A DNA stretch of 13,630 nt from Abditibacteriaceae bacterium (GCA_031372065.1 JANMKN010000373.1:1-13630), one strand, 5' to 3'. Shown: positions 1 to 7,355, numbered from the stretch's first letter. The notes: generated from the letters alone by a model not told the origin. Numbers and translations: made by a program.

Positions 1-605
1 AGATATTTTTGGTGGCTACGGAAGATGCGAAAGAGGCTTGCTTGTATTTTGAAGCATTCAATTCCCTGCCTGAGCAGCGCAAACCGTTTTCTCCCTCGCC
101 AGTCAGAGTTCATCCGCTGCCTCCGCTTGAGAATCGCTCGGCTCCGGCGCAACTCATTGAGGGAGTGCATAATTTTGTCGAAGGTTATCGTTTTGATCCG
201 CGCGACGAAATTTGGCTGGTCATGGATGTTGACTATTGGGACGCCATTGATTTAGCCCGCGTGTGCCGCGAGGCTCTAAATGTTGGTTATCAAGTAGCGA
301 TAGCCAATCCTTGTTTCGAAGTTTGGCTATGCCAGCACTTTGCCGAATGCGACGACGATGAGATTGCCGTTGCCGCGCAAGGCAGAAAAGCGGGCGACAA
401 TCTCAAACGATTATGGCGCCACTATTTACCGCAAAGCGCTACAACTTACTGGCGAGGTATTCTCATTCCCCATGCGAGTGCGGCCTGCCAGCGCGCCCGG
501 CAAAACGAGCGCGGTAACATTAGCGAAGCGCAACCGTGGCCTATCGCGCCCGGCACAAGAATTTATTTGTTAGTGGAGCGGATTCTGGCGGCTTTAAATA
601 AGTAA
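1..605 (+). CDS. RloB-like protein (TOPRIM-like putative nuclease, RloB/AbiLii family); probably 5'-truncated at the window edge
   Basis: The frame is open from base 3 (IFLVATEDAKEACLYF), matching the RloB N-terminal hhhhxEGxxExxYF motif. It also has IWLVMDVD (DxD) and AIANPCFEVWLCQHF (family SNPCFExWLLLHF). Stop TAA at 603-605. Confidence 0.8.
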   Translation, partial: IFLVATEDAKEACLYFEAFNSLPEQRKPFSPSPVRVHPLPPLENRSAPAQLIEGVHNFVEGYRFDPRDEIWLVMDVDYWDAIDLARVCREALNVGYQVAIANPCFEVWLCQHFAECDDDEIAVAAQGRKAGDNLKRLWRHYLPQSATTYWRGILIPHASAACQRARQNERGNISEAQPWPIAPGTRIYLLVERILAALNK

Positions 606-638
606 TCCCGATTTTTGGAGGCAGCAAAACATCAATTC

Positions 639-1421
639 ATGACCCAAACCTCACTTACCTTTCTCGGCATCGCTTCGGCGGTGCCGGAAGCGGGCGAAGA
701 TACGGCCAGTTTCTTGGTCAATAGCGAGCTATTGTTCGATTGTGGCTGGTGCAACGTGCTGAAAATGCGCGAATTTGGCTTCGACCCGCTTCAAGTGCGC
801 ACGCTGTTTTTCACGCACTGCCATCACGATCATTATCTGGGGTTGCCCGCGCTGTTTTTTTATCGCGCCATGCGCGCCCATCAAACCGGCACAATGGCAC
901 CGCTGCGTATTGTTGGCCCACCGGACGATTTGCCAATAGTGGTAGAACTGGCTCGGCAATTCTTGCAGGAAGCCCGATTTTCGGCGCTGCAACCGGCGCT
1001 GGAACTGGTGCCGCTCGAACCGGGCGCGACGTGGGAAACCGAACGCTACGAAATTCAAACCGTGCGCGCGCTGCATCCGGTGACGGGCGTTTGCGGGCGT
1101 TTAACCGACAAAAAAACCGGCGTTGTGATCGCTTTTAGCGGCGACACCGCGCCGAACGCGGCCTTCGCGCCTCTGGCGCGCGGCGCCGACTTGCTGATTC
1201 ACGAAGCCAGCCTATCGCCGAGTGGCAAATTGGACGAGCGCTACGGCCATTCGCGCGCCAGCGATGCCGCACAAACGGCGCTGGAAGCCCAAGCGAAAAC
1301 TTTGCGCCTCGTTCACGTCGGCGGCTCGCATCGCGAAGCATCAGACCAAGCCGCGCAAGCCATTTTTCCCGCGACAAAACTCGCCGCGATGGGCGAAACT
1401 TTAACGTGGCCGCACGAATAA
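639..1421 (+). CDS. Metallo-beta-lactamase-fold hydrolase, RNase Z/arylsulfatase-like
   Basis: Motifs LTFLG, LFDCG, THCHHDH (HxHxDH), LHP, FSGDT, LIHEA, GHS and LVH. Start is ATG 639, with TTG 615 as an alternative. Confidence 0.85.
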   Translation: MTQTSLTFLGIASAVPEAGEDTASFLVNSELLFDCGWCNVLKMREFGFDPLQVRTLFFTHCHHDHYLGLPALFFYRAMRAHQTGTMAPLRIVGPPDDLPIVVELARQFLQEARFSALQPALELVPLEPGATWETERYEIQTVRALHPVTGVCGRLTDKKTGVVIAFSGDTAPNAAFAPLARGADLLIHEASLSPSGKLDERYGHSRASDAAQTALEAQAKTLRLVHVGGSHREASDQAAQAIFPATKLAAMGETLTWPHE

Positions 1422-1489
1422 TTATGCTTTTCCTCGACTGACTTACTGCCCGTGGGCTAAAACCTGCATTGCGATTTCTCTTTAAGTAG

Positions 1490-1518
1490 TTCACTTGCAA
1501 GGCGGGCAAGGTTAAACT
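1490..1518 (+). promoter_or_regulatory. Possible sigma70-type promoter for the fucosidase gene
   Basis: TTCACT (1490-1495), 17 nt, TAAACT (1513-1518). Both hexamers match the consensus at 4/6. Confidence 0.25.
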
Positions 1519-1542
1519 TTCCTCAATCTCCCAAAGGTCACC

Positions 1543-3342
1543 ATGAAACAACTCTTTAAAATCGCAATGTTGTCCGGCGCGCTATTGGCGCCGCAAGTTT
1601 TGGCACAAGAGGCCAAACCCGAAGCGAAAACCGAACTCAAACCGCTGCCCGAAACCAAAGAACAGCGCGACAAGCGCATGGAGTGGTTTCGCGAATCGCG
1701 TTTTGGCTTGTTCATTCACTGGGGCGTTTATTCGGTGCCCGCTGGCGAATGGGACGGCAAAAAAAACTACGGCGAATGGTTCATGGAAGAAACCAAGATG
1801 CCAGTTTCTCAATACGAAAAATTCGCCGACCAATTTAATCCGGTGCAGTTTGACGCCAACGAATGGGTGCGCCTCGCCAAAGACGCGGGCATGAAATACA
1901 TCGTGATCACTTCCAAGCATCACGATGGCTTCGATATATATCCCTCGAAACTCGGCGATTGGAATATCGGGCGCACGCCGTTCAAGCGCGATCCGCTTAA
2001 AGAATTAGCTGCCGCCTGCAAAAAAGAAGGCCTCAAATTGTGCTTTTATCACTCAATTATGGATTGGCATCATCCCGATTGGGGCACGCGCCGCGCGTGG
2101 AACGATAAGGCCACTGGCACGCCGGACATGGATCGTTACACGGCTTACATGAAAGGCCAACTGAAAGAACTTCTCACCGAATACGGCCCGATTGGTATTG
2201 TGTGGTTCGACGGCGAGTGGGAAAGCCCGTGGACACATGATCGCGGCGTTGATCTTTATAATTACGTTCGCACTTTGCAGCCGCAAACCATTGTCAACAA
2301 TCGCGTCGGCAAAGGCCGTTCTGGAATGCAGGGCATGAACAAAGGGCAGGGCGTCGGCGATTACGGCACGCCTGAACAAGAGATTCCCCCTACAGGTTTT
2401 GGCCCCGGCGTAGATTGGGAATCGTGTATGACGATGAACAATCACTGGGGCTACAACAAGAATGACCAGAACTGGAAGTCCACGCAAATGCTGGTGCGCA
2501 ACCTGATTGACTGCGCCAGCAAAGGCGGCAACTATTTGCTGAATGTCGGCCCCACTTCTGAAGGCCTCATTCCCGGCCCCAGCGTGGAGCGCTTAAAAGA
2601 AATCGGCGCGTGGATGAAGGTCAATCACGACGCCATTTACGACACCACGGCCAGTCCGTTTAAAAAGTTAAGTTGGGGCCGCGCCACCAAAAAGTGGGAT
2701 GGCAAAAACACCACGCTGTATTTGCACGTTTTTAATTGGCCCACCGACGGCAAACTCGTCGTGCCGGGCTTGAAAAACGAAGTGAAATTTGCCCAAATGT
2801 TAGAGGGTAAAGTGAAATTAACGGCTACGAATAGCGAAACAGGCGTTACTTTAGCCGTGCCCGAAAAGGCGCCCGATGCCATTAGTTCAACGATTGTGCT
2901 GGCTTTCAAAGGCGAAGCGCAAGTGGATGATGCGCCGCAGTTGCTCACGCAAAATGCCGATGGCACGCTGACACTTTCACCCAGTGACGCCATCGCGCAT
3001 GGCGAAATCAAAATCGAGCAAAAAGCGGGCGGCAAAGACAATCTCGGTTTTTGGATGAGCGCCGATGACTTTGTCGAATGGAATTTCAAAGCGGTGCGCG
3101 CGGGCAAATACGAAATATCTGCCGAAGTCGCCGCGCCGGATGCGACATCGCTGGATTTAGTTCTCGGCACGCAAAAAGTGCGCGCTGCCATTCCGCAAAC
3201 CGGCGATTACGCGACGTTTCAAAAAGCCACGCTCGGCACCATCGAAATCGCCGCACCGGGCAATGTGACATTACAACTCAAAACAGCGGCTGACTGGAAG
3301 CCAATTAACTTGCGTGCGTTAAATTTCAAAGCAGTGCCGTAA
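1543..3342 (+). CDS. Secreted alpha-L-fucosidase (GH29) with a C-terminal CBM6/CBM35-like beta-sandwich
   Basis: Signal peptide (MKQLFK...QVLA). GH29 motifs RFGLFIHWGVYS, GMKYIVITSKHHDGF, WFDG (nucleophile Asp), WESCMT..WGY and GGNYLLNVGP. Extra region of about 130 aa with LGFW..DDFVEW and TGDYATF. Confidence 0.95.
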   Translation: MKQLFKIAMLSGALLAPQVLAQEAKPEAKTELKPLPETKEQRDKRMEWFRESRFGLFIHWGVYSVPAGEWDGKKNYGEWFMEETKMPVSQYEKFADQFNPVQFDANEWVRLAKDAGMKYIVITSKHHDGFDIYPSKLGDWNIGRTPFKRDPLKELAAACKKEGLKLCFYHSIMDWHHPDWGTRRAWNDKATGTPDMDRYTAYMKGQLKELLTEYGPIGIVWFDGEWESPWTHDRGVDLYNYVRTLQPQTIVNNRVGKGRSGMQGMNKGQGVGDYGTPEQEIPPTGFGPGVDWESCMTMNNHWGYNKNDQNWKSTQMLVRNLIDCASKGGNYLLNVGPTSEGLIPGPSVERLKEIGAWMKVNHDAIYDTTASPFKKLSWGRATKKWDGKNTTLYLHVFNWPTDGKLVVPGLKNEVKFAQMLEGKVKLTATNSETGVTLAVPEKAPDAISSTIVLAFKGEAQVDDAPQLLTQNADGTLTLSPSDAIAHGEIKIEQKAGGKDNLGFWMSADDFVEWNFKAVRAGKYEISAEVAAPDATSLDLVLGTQKVRAAIPQTGDYATFQKATLGTIEIAAPGNVTLQLKTAADWKPINLRALNFKAVP

Positions 3343-3381
3343 CGGATTCCCCGCTTCAACAGCGCGTCGTTTTACCTGCCT

Positions 3382-3390
3382 TGCTACACT
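3382..3390 (+). promoter_or_regulatory. Possible extended -10 (housekeeping) promoter for the ECF operon
   Basis: TG-c-TACACT at 3382-3390, matching the TGnTAnnnT pattern. Confidence 0.3.
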
Positions 3391-3422
3391 TGGGGCACGC
3401 CGCAAATTATTTTTTGGCGCAG

Positions 3423-3448
3423 TGAACAATTGGCACAAGCTGCCGTCT
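3423..3448 (+). promoter_or_regulatory. ECF sigma-dependent promoter, likely autoregulatory
   Basis: TGAAC (3423-3427), 16 nt, CGTCT (3444-3448). This is the AAC-N16-CGT pattern of SigW/RpoE-type promoters, about 55 nt before the sigma gene. Confidence 0.65.
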
Positions 3449-3504
3449 GCCAGAACCGTGAAAGACGGAGACAAGACGGAGTTTGACCAAAAGAGGTGCT
3501 GCGC

Positions 3505-4134
3505 ATGGTTGCGATGACATACTCAAAAGTGTGGCCTAACACTCAAGAACCCGATAGCGATGCCGCTTTGGTTGAGCGCGTGCTGGATAATGATCTGGCA
3601 GCGTTCGAGCAGTTGGTGTCGCGTTACCAAAACAAAATCACCGGCTACGCGGCGCGAATGTTGAACGATTCGACCGAAGCCGAAGACGTAGCGCAAGAAA
3701 CATTTATCAAGGCTTATCGCTCGCTGGCTTCTTTTCGCGGCGAAAGTTCTTTTTCAACGTGGCTTTATCGCATCGCCACTAATCTTTGCATTGACCGCGT
3801 GCGCAAAATCAAGCGCAGCCCGAAACCCGCGTATTCTTTGGACGAGCCATTCGACAAAGACGAAGACAAAGGTGGGCGCGAGTTGCCGGATTCAACTTTT
3901 GAGCCTTCGATGGCCGTTGAACGCGACGAAGTGCGCCGCCGGGTGCGCGAAACCGTGGCTGAAATGCCCGAAAAACTGCGTGCTGTCATCGTGATGTGCG
4001 ATATCCAAGGCATGAGCTACGAAAATATCGCGCAAGTTTTAGATGTGCCTCTGGGCACCGTGAAAAGCCGGTTGTTTCATGCTCGCGCTGATCTGGCGCG
4101 TCGTTTGAAGCCGTATATCCGGGGTGTGAAGTAA
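3505..4134 (+). CDS. rpoE: ECF RNA polymerase sigma factor (RpoE/SigW-like)
   Basis: Region 2 AFEQLVSRYQ..AEDVAQETFIKAY..FRGESSFSTWLYRIATN. Region 4 GMSYENIAQVLDVPLGTVKSRLFHAR. SD-like AGAGGT (3492-3497) favours ATG 3505 over GTG 3496. Confidence 0.92.
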   Translation: MVAMTYSKVWPNTQEPDSDAALVERVLDNDLAAFEQLVSRYQNKITGYAARMLNDSTEAEDVAQETFIKAYRSLASFRGESSFSTWLYRIATNLCIDRVRKIKRSPKPAYSLDEPFDKDEDKGGRELPDSTFEPSMAVERDEVRRRVRETVAEMPEKLRAVIVMCDIQGMSYENIAQVLDVPLGTVKSRLFHARADLARRLKPYIRGVK

Positions 4135-4159
4135 GAACCGCGAAAGCGGGGTGACAATC

Positions 4160-4708
4160 ATGAAATTAGACCCAAACGAAATGATGGATTATTTGGACGG
4201 CACGCTGGACGAAACGTGCCGCGCGCAAATCGAAGCGCATTTAGCCTCCGACGCCGAAGATCGCGAACTGGTAGAGATCATGCGTGTTTCGATGCAAGAA
4301 CTGCACGAATTAGATGAACGCGAACCGGTGCGCGCCAGCGACGATTTTTGGATCAAAGTGCGCAACGGACTGCCTGCCAAGGCGCCGCGCCGTTCAATCT
4401 GGACGCAAATGGCTGGCTGGATTTGGCCGCAACCGGGTTTGTCGCAATCGCGCAATGGTTTCTCGATGCGCGTGGCAGCCGTCGCGATTGTCATCGCGCT
4501 AATGGGCGTGTGGTTCGCGCCGAAGCAATCGCAGCAGCCTGTAGTAGCGGGAGAGTTGCCGCCCGATGCGGAAATGTTCATCAAAATGGCAACGCAGCGA
4601 CACAATGCTTTTGTTGCGTCGCAGCCTTTGGGCAGCGCGCCCGTTGGCGATTTAGCCAGCGGCGAAACCGGCGATGAAGACGACGAACCCGGCGGAAGCA
4701 CTCCGTAA
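4160..4708 (+). CDS. Transmembrane anti-sigma factor (RseA/RsiW-like, degenerate zf-HC2 domain)
   Basis: N-terminal MDYLDGTL....AQIEAHLAS anti-sigma domain, one TM helix (VAAVAIVIALMGVWF) and a short extracytoplasmic tail. It lies directly after the ECF sigma. Start is ATG 4160, with GTG 4151 as an alternative. Confidence 0.88.
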   Translation: MKLDPNEMMDYLDGTLDETCRAQIEAHLASDAEDRELVEIMRVSMQELHELDEREPVRASDDFWIKVRNGLPAKAPRRSIWTQMAGWIWPQPGLSQSRNGFSMRVAAVAIVIALMGVWFAPKQSQQPVVAGELPPDAEMFIKMATQRHNAFVASQPLGSAPVGDLASGETGDEDDEPGGSTP

Positions 4709-4724
4709 TGCCGCGAGGCGCAAA

Positions 4725-4762
4725 AAGGGCCATTCCGCCAAACGGAATGGCCCTTCGTTTTT
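4725..4762 (+). terminator. Intrinsic terminator-like hairpin between the anti-sigma and RseB-like genes
   Basis: Perfect 13-bp stem AAGGGCCATTCCG (4725-4737) / CGGAATGGCCCTT (4743-4755), 5-nt loop, followed by CGTTTTT. Confidence 0.7.
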
Positions 4763-4815
4763 ATAATGTGATTTTGCCCCTTGTTCCCGAAGGTGCTTTA
4801 ATTGAATTAACTCTC

Positions 4816-5742
4816 ATGAAACGTCCAATTATTTTTAAGCTGGTGGCTTTTCTTGTGCCTTTGGCACACGGAGTGGTGTTGGCGGCTCCCCAAGCCGATA
4901 AGTTGTTGCAAGCCACGGAAAAAGCCGATAAAACCTTGCGTTACAGTGGCACCGCTGTAGTGGCCCGGCCCGGTGTGCCCTCAAAAACACTTCAAATCTG
5001 GCACGATGGCGAAAAACGACGCCTCGAATGGACAGCGCCGCCGGTTTCGCGCGGCGATTTGTTAGTGGATGATGGCAACAGTGTATGGCACTATTTTTCT
5101 TCGGAAAACAACGCTGTGCAAACGCGCGGCGCCGCAGAAATAGACTGGCATCGTTTGGCGCAATCCATGACCGCCAAAGTCGAAGGTAGCGGCAAAGTCG
5201 CCGGGCGCGATGCATGGATTGTTGCTTTAAAGCCGCGTGACAAAAACCAATCGCCGCTCAAGGTTTGGATTGATCAAAAAGTCTTTGCGCGTTTGCGTGT
5301 GGAGCGGGGTAGCGGCGCCGCTAAAAGCACGATGGCTATGCAGAAAATAAATTTCGGTGCCGTTCCGCCTCGTCTTTTTCAATGGTCGCCGCCGGCAGGC
5401 GCACAGATCACGCGCACCAGTGGCACGCTTTATAATGACTTTTTACAAGCACAACGCGGCGCTTCTTGGTTGTCGGCGCCAAACAGTCTACCTTCCGGCT
5501 ATGATTTTGAAAGCGCCGTCGTTGATGCTTCCGGCAATGGCGGTAAAGGCGAAGCGTGGCTGCGTTATGCCAACGGTCTCAGTCGGTTTTCGATTTTCCA
5601 ACAACACACCGGCGATGGCGTCGTTTTCAAGCTGCAAAAAACGAAAACCGGCGGATGGTTCGTGCAAAAAGGCGGCAGTCGCTTCATAGTTTTGGGTTTG
5701 CCGGACGCCCCAGCGCAGCGTGTCGCTAATTCGTTGAAGTAA
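4816..5742 (+). CDS. MucB/RseB-like (LolA-fold) periplasmic sigma-E regulatory protein
   Basis: Signal peptide MKRPIIFKLVAFLVPLAHGVVLA. Motifs YSGT, LLVDDGNSVWHY, KVAGRDAW..L.P, KVWIDQK, F.W.PPAGA, P.LPSGY and LRYANGLSRFSIFQ. It is the third gene of a sigma/anti-sigma cluster. The ORF track's 4708 start would add 36 aa before the signal peptide. Confidence 0.82.
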   Translation: MKRPIIFKLVAFLVPLAHGVVLAAPQADKLLQATEKADKTLRYSGTAVVARPGVPSKTLQIWHDGEKRRLEWTAPPVSRGDLLVDDGNSVWHYFSSENNAVQTRGAAEIDWHRLAQSMTAKVEGSGKVAGRDAWIVALKPRDKNQSPLKVWIDQKVFARLRVERGSGAAKSTMAMQKINFGAVPPRLFQWSPPAGAQITRTSGTLYNDFLQAQRGASWLSAPNSLPSGYDFESAVVDASGNGGKGEAWLRYANGLSRFSIFQQHTGDGVVFKLQKTKTGGWFVQKGGSRFIVLGLPDAPAQRVANSLK

Positions 5743-5848
5743 AACCAAGAGCCTATTTGTATAGGCGCCCGTTTAAAAGGCGAATCCAAAATTTGCCCTT
5801 GCGTAGCGAGTCTTACGTAGCGAGTTAGGTAAAAAGAAAAATTCTCAT

Positions 5849-5897
5849 AAAACGGCCAAACTTCGATGAATTTCGAGGTTTGGCCGTTTTCGTTTTT
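5849..5897. terminator. Intrinsic terminator closing the ECF cluster (possibly bidirectional)
   Basis: 18-bp stem AAAACGGCCAAACTTCGA (5849-5866) / TCGAGGTTTGGCCGTTTT (5873-5890) with one G-U pair, followed by CGTTTTT. Confidence 0.8.
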
Positions 5898-5923
5898 ACA
5901 GTTGTGCTGGCCGCGAAAATCGG

Positions 5924-5961
5924 TTCACACGCTGGAAACAAAAAGTTCACTTAAAAGACAT
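5924..5961 (+). promoter_or_regulatory. GlnR-like phased direct-repeat operator upstream of the nitrate operon
   Basis: TTCAC-n6-GAAAC-n6-TTCAC-n6-GACAT with an 11-bp period, about 40 nt upstream of a -10-like TATATT (6000-6005). Confidence 0.55.
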
Positions 5962-6073
5962 TTAGCGAAGTAGGACAGGGAAACAACGGCCTGTCACTCT
6001 ATATTATTGGTTAGGCCAAAACCGCCGGAAATTCCAACTGGAAACAATAACTTTCGTTTGACAAGGAGACACA

Positions 6074-7291
6074 ATGCATTTGTCCGACTTCAAAAAAAGC
6101 GGCCACACACCCACGCTGTTCAGCGCGTTCATGTATTTCGATATCAGCTTCATGGTTTGGGTGCTGCTGGGGCCGCTCGCCGTGTTCATCACCGAAGATT
6201 TTCATCTGACACCGGCCCAAAAAGGCTTGCTCGTCGCGCTGCCGATTTTGGGAGGCTCGTTTATGCGCCTCGTTTTGGGCGCCATGACCGACCGCATCGG
6301 CGCTAAGAAAACCGCGCTTTTCGGCTTGAGCGTGACGCTGATTCCGCTAACTTGGGGCTGGCTCGGCGCCAAATCGCTGACCGAACTGCACTTTGTCGGG
6401 CTTTTGCTCGGCGTGGCGGGCGCCAGTTTCGCCGCCGCGTTGCCGATGGCTTCGCGCTGGTATCCGGCGGAGCATCAAGGCTTGGCAATGGGCATCGCGG
6501 GCGCCGGCAACAGCGGAACCGTTTTGGCCGCGCTTTTCGCGCCGCGCATCGCTAAAGCGCACGGCGGCGACTGGCACATCGTTTTGGCTTACGCCATCAT
6601 TCCGATTGTGCTTACTTGGTTCCTCGTCGCCTTCATGGCCAAAGACAGTCCCGACAAGCCCGCACCCAAAGGCATGGCCGAATATCTCGGCGTGCTGAAA
6701 CAAAGCGATACGCTGTGGTTTTGCTTGTTTTACTCGATCACGTTTGGCGGTTTCGTGGGACTCGCCAGCTTTCTGCCGACGTTTTTCGTTGACCAATACG
6801 GCCTTGACAAAATTCAAGCCGGAACTTTCACTGCCGCTTGCGTTTTTGCGGGCAGTTTCGTGCGGCCCATCGGCGGCTATTTGGCCGACCGTTTCGGCGG
6901 AGTCCGCATTTTAGTGGCGATTTATAGCTGTGTCGGCATTTTAGCGTTCGCCGTCGCGCAGTTGCCCGCTTTAGCTTTGGCGACCACGCTGCTTTTCGTG
7001 TTGATGGCAACGCTCGGCTGCGGCAACGGCGCGGTGTTTCAATTGGTGCCGCAACGTTTTCCGCGTCAAATCGGCGTGATGACCGGCATCGTCGGCGCGG
7101 CGGGCGGGTTGGGCGGCTTCTTCCTGCCGACGCTGCTTGGCTACGTCAAGCAGAACATGGGCAGCTTCGGCGCGGGATTCGGCATCTTCGCTTTCGCGGC
7201 AGCCATCGCTATCGGCCTGATTTTGGTTCTTCATCCCGTCTGGCAGCGCGCCGGTTGGCTCGGCGCCGGTGGCAAAGCGGTAACGGCGTAA
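6074..7291 (+). CDS. narK: Nitrate/nitrite MFS transporter (NarK/NasA, nitrate-nitrite porter family)
   Basis: About 12 hydrophobic helices. Nitrate signature GVAGASF..ALP.ASRWYP..QGLAMGIAGAGNSG, conserved Arg in SFMR and SFVRPIGG, and GCGNGAVFQLVP..F...IGVMTGIVGAAGGLGGF. SD AAGGAG upstream. Confidence 0.95.
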   Translation: MHLSDFKKSGHTPTLFSAFMYFDISFMVWVLLGPLAVFITEDFHLTPAQKGLLVALPILGGSFMRLVLGAMTDRIGAKKTALFGLSVTLIPLTWGWLGAKSLTELHFVGLLLGVAGASFAAALPMASRWYPAEHQGLAMGIAGAGNSGTVLAALFAPRIAKAHGGDWHIVLAYAIIPIVLTWFLVAFMAKDSPDKPAPKGMAEYLGVLKQSDTLWFCLFYSITFGGFVGLASFLPTFFVDQYGLDKIQAGTFTAACVFAGSFVRPIGGYLADRFGGVRILVAIYSCVGILAFAVAQLPALALATTLLFVLMATLGCGNGAVFQLVPQRFPRQIGVMTGIVGAAGGLGGFFLPTLLGYVKQNMGSFGAGFGIFAFAAAIAIGLILVLHPVWQRAGWLGAGGKAVTA

Positions 7292-7292
7292 A

Positions 7293-7355
7293 TTCGGTGG
7301 ACAGTGAGCAGTGGGCAGAAATTTCCCCACTGTCCACTATCCACTGTCCACTGAA
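7293..7355. repeat. Inverted heptamer-repeat hairpin (AGTGGAC-like units facing GTCCACT-like units)
   Basis: GGTGGAC-AGTGAGC-AGTGGGC (7296-7316) faces CCCCACT-GTCCACT-ATCCACT-GTCCACT (7325-7352). Outer arms 7293-7306 and 7342-7355 pair with one G-U. Confidence 0.85.

Noticed and set aside
3431..3445. Sigma54 -24/-12 promoter (TGGCAC...TGC)
   Set aside because: Spacing is GG-N8-GC rather than the required GG-N10-GC.
5770..5897. ANTAR (NasT/NasR) antitermination leader for the nitrate operon
   Set aside because: AAAGGC and AACGGC hexamers occur but lack closing stems and lie about 70 nt apart. The terminator is upstream of the likely nitrate promoter, so it is better read as the end of the ECF cluster.
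7311..7355. N-terminal extension of the nitrate reductase from GTG 7311
   Set aside because: The extra residues are read from the heptamer repeat, and homologous enzymes typically start just before THCPYC.
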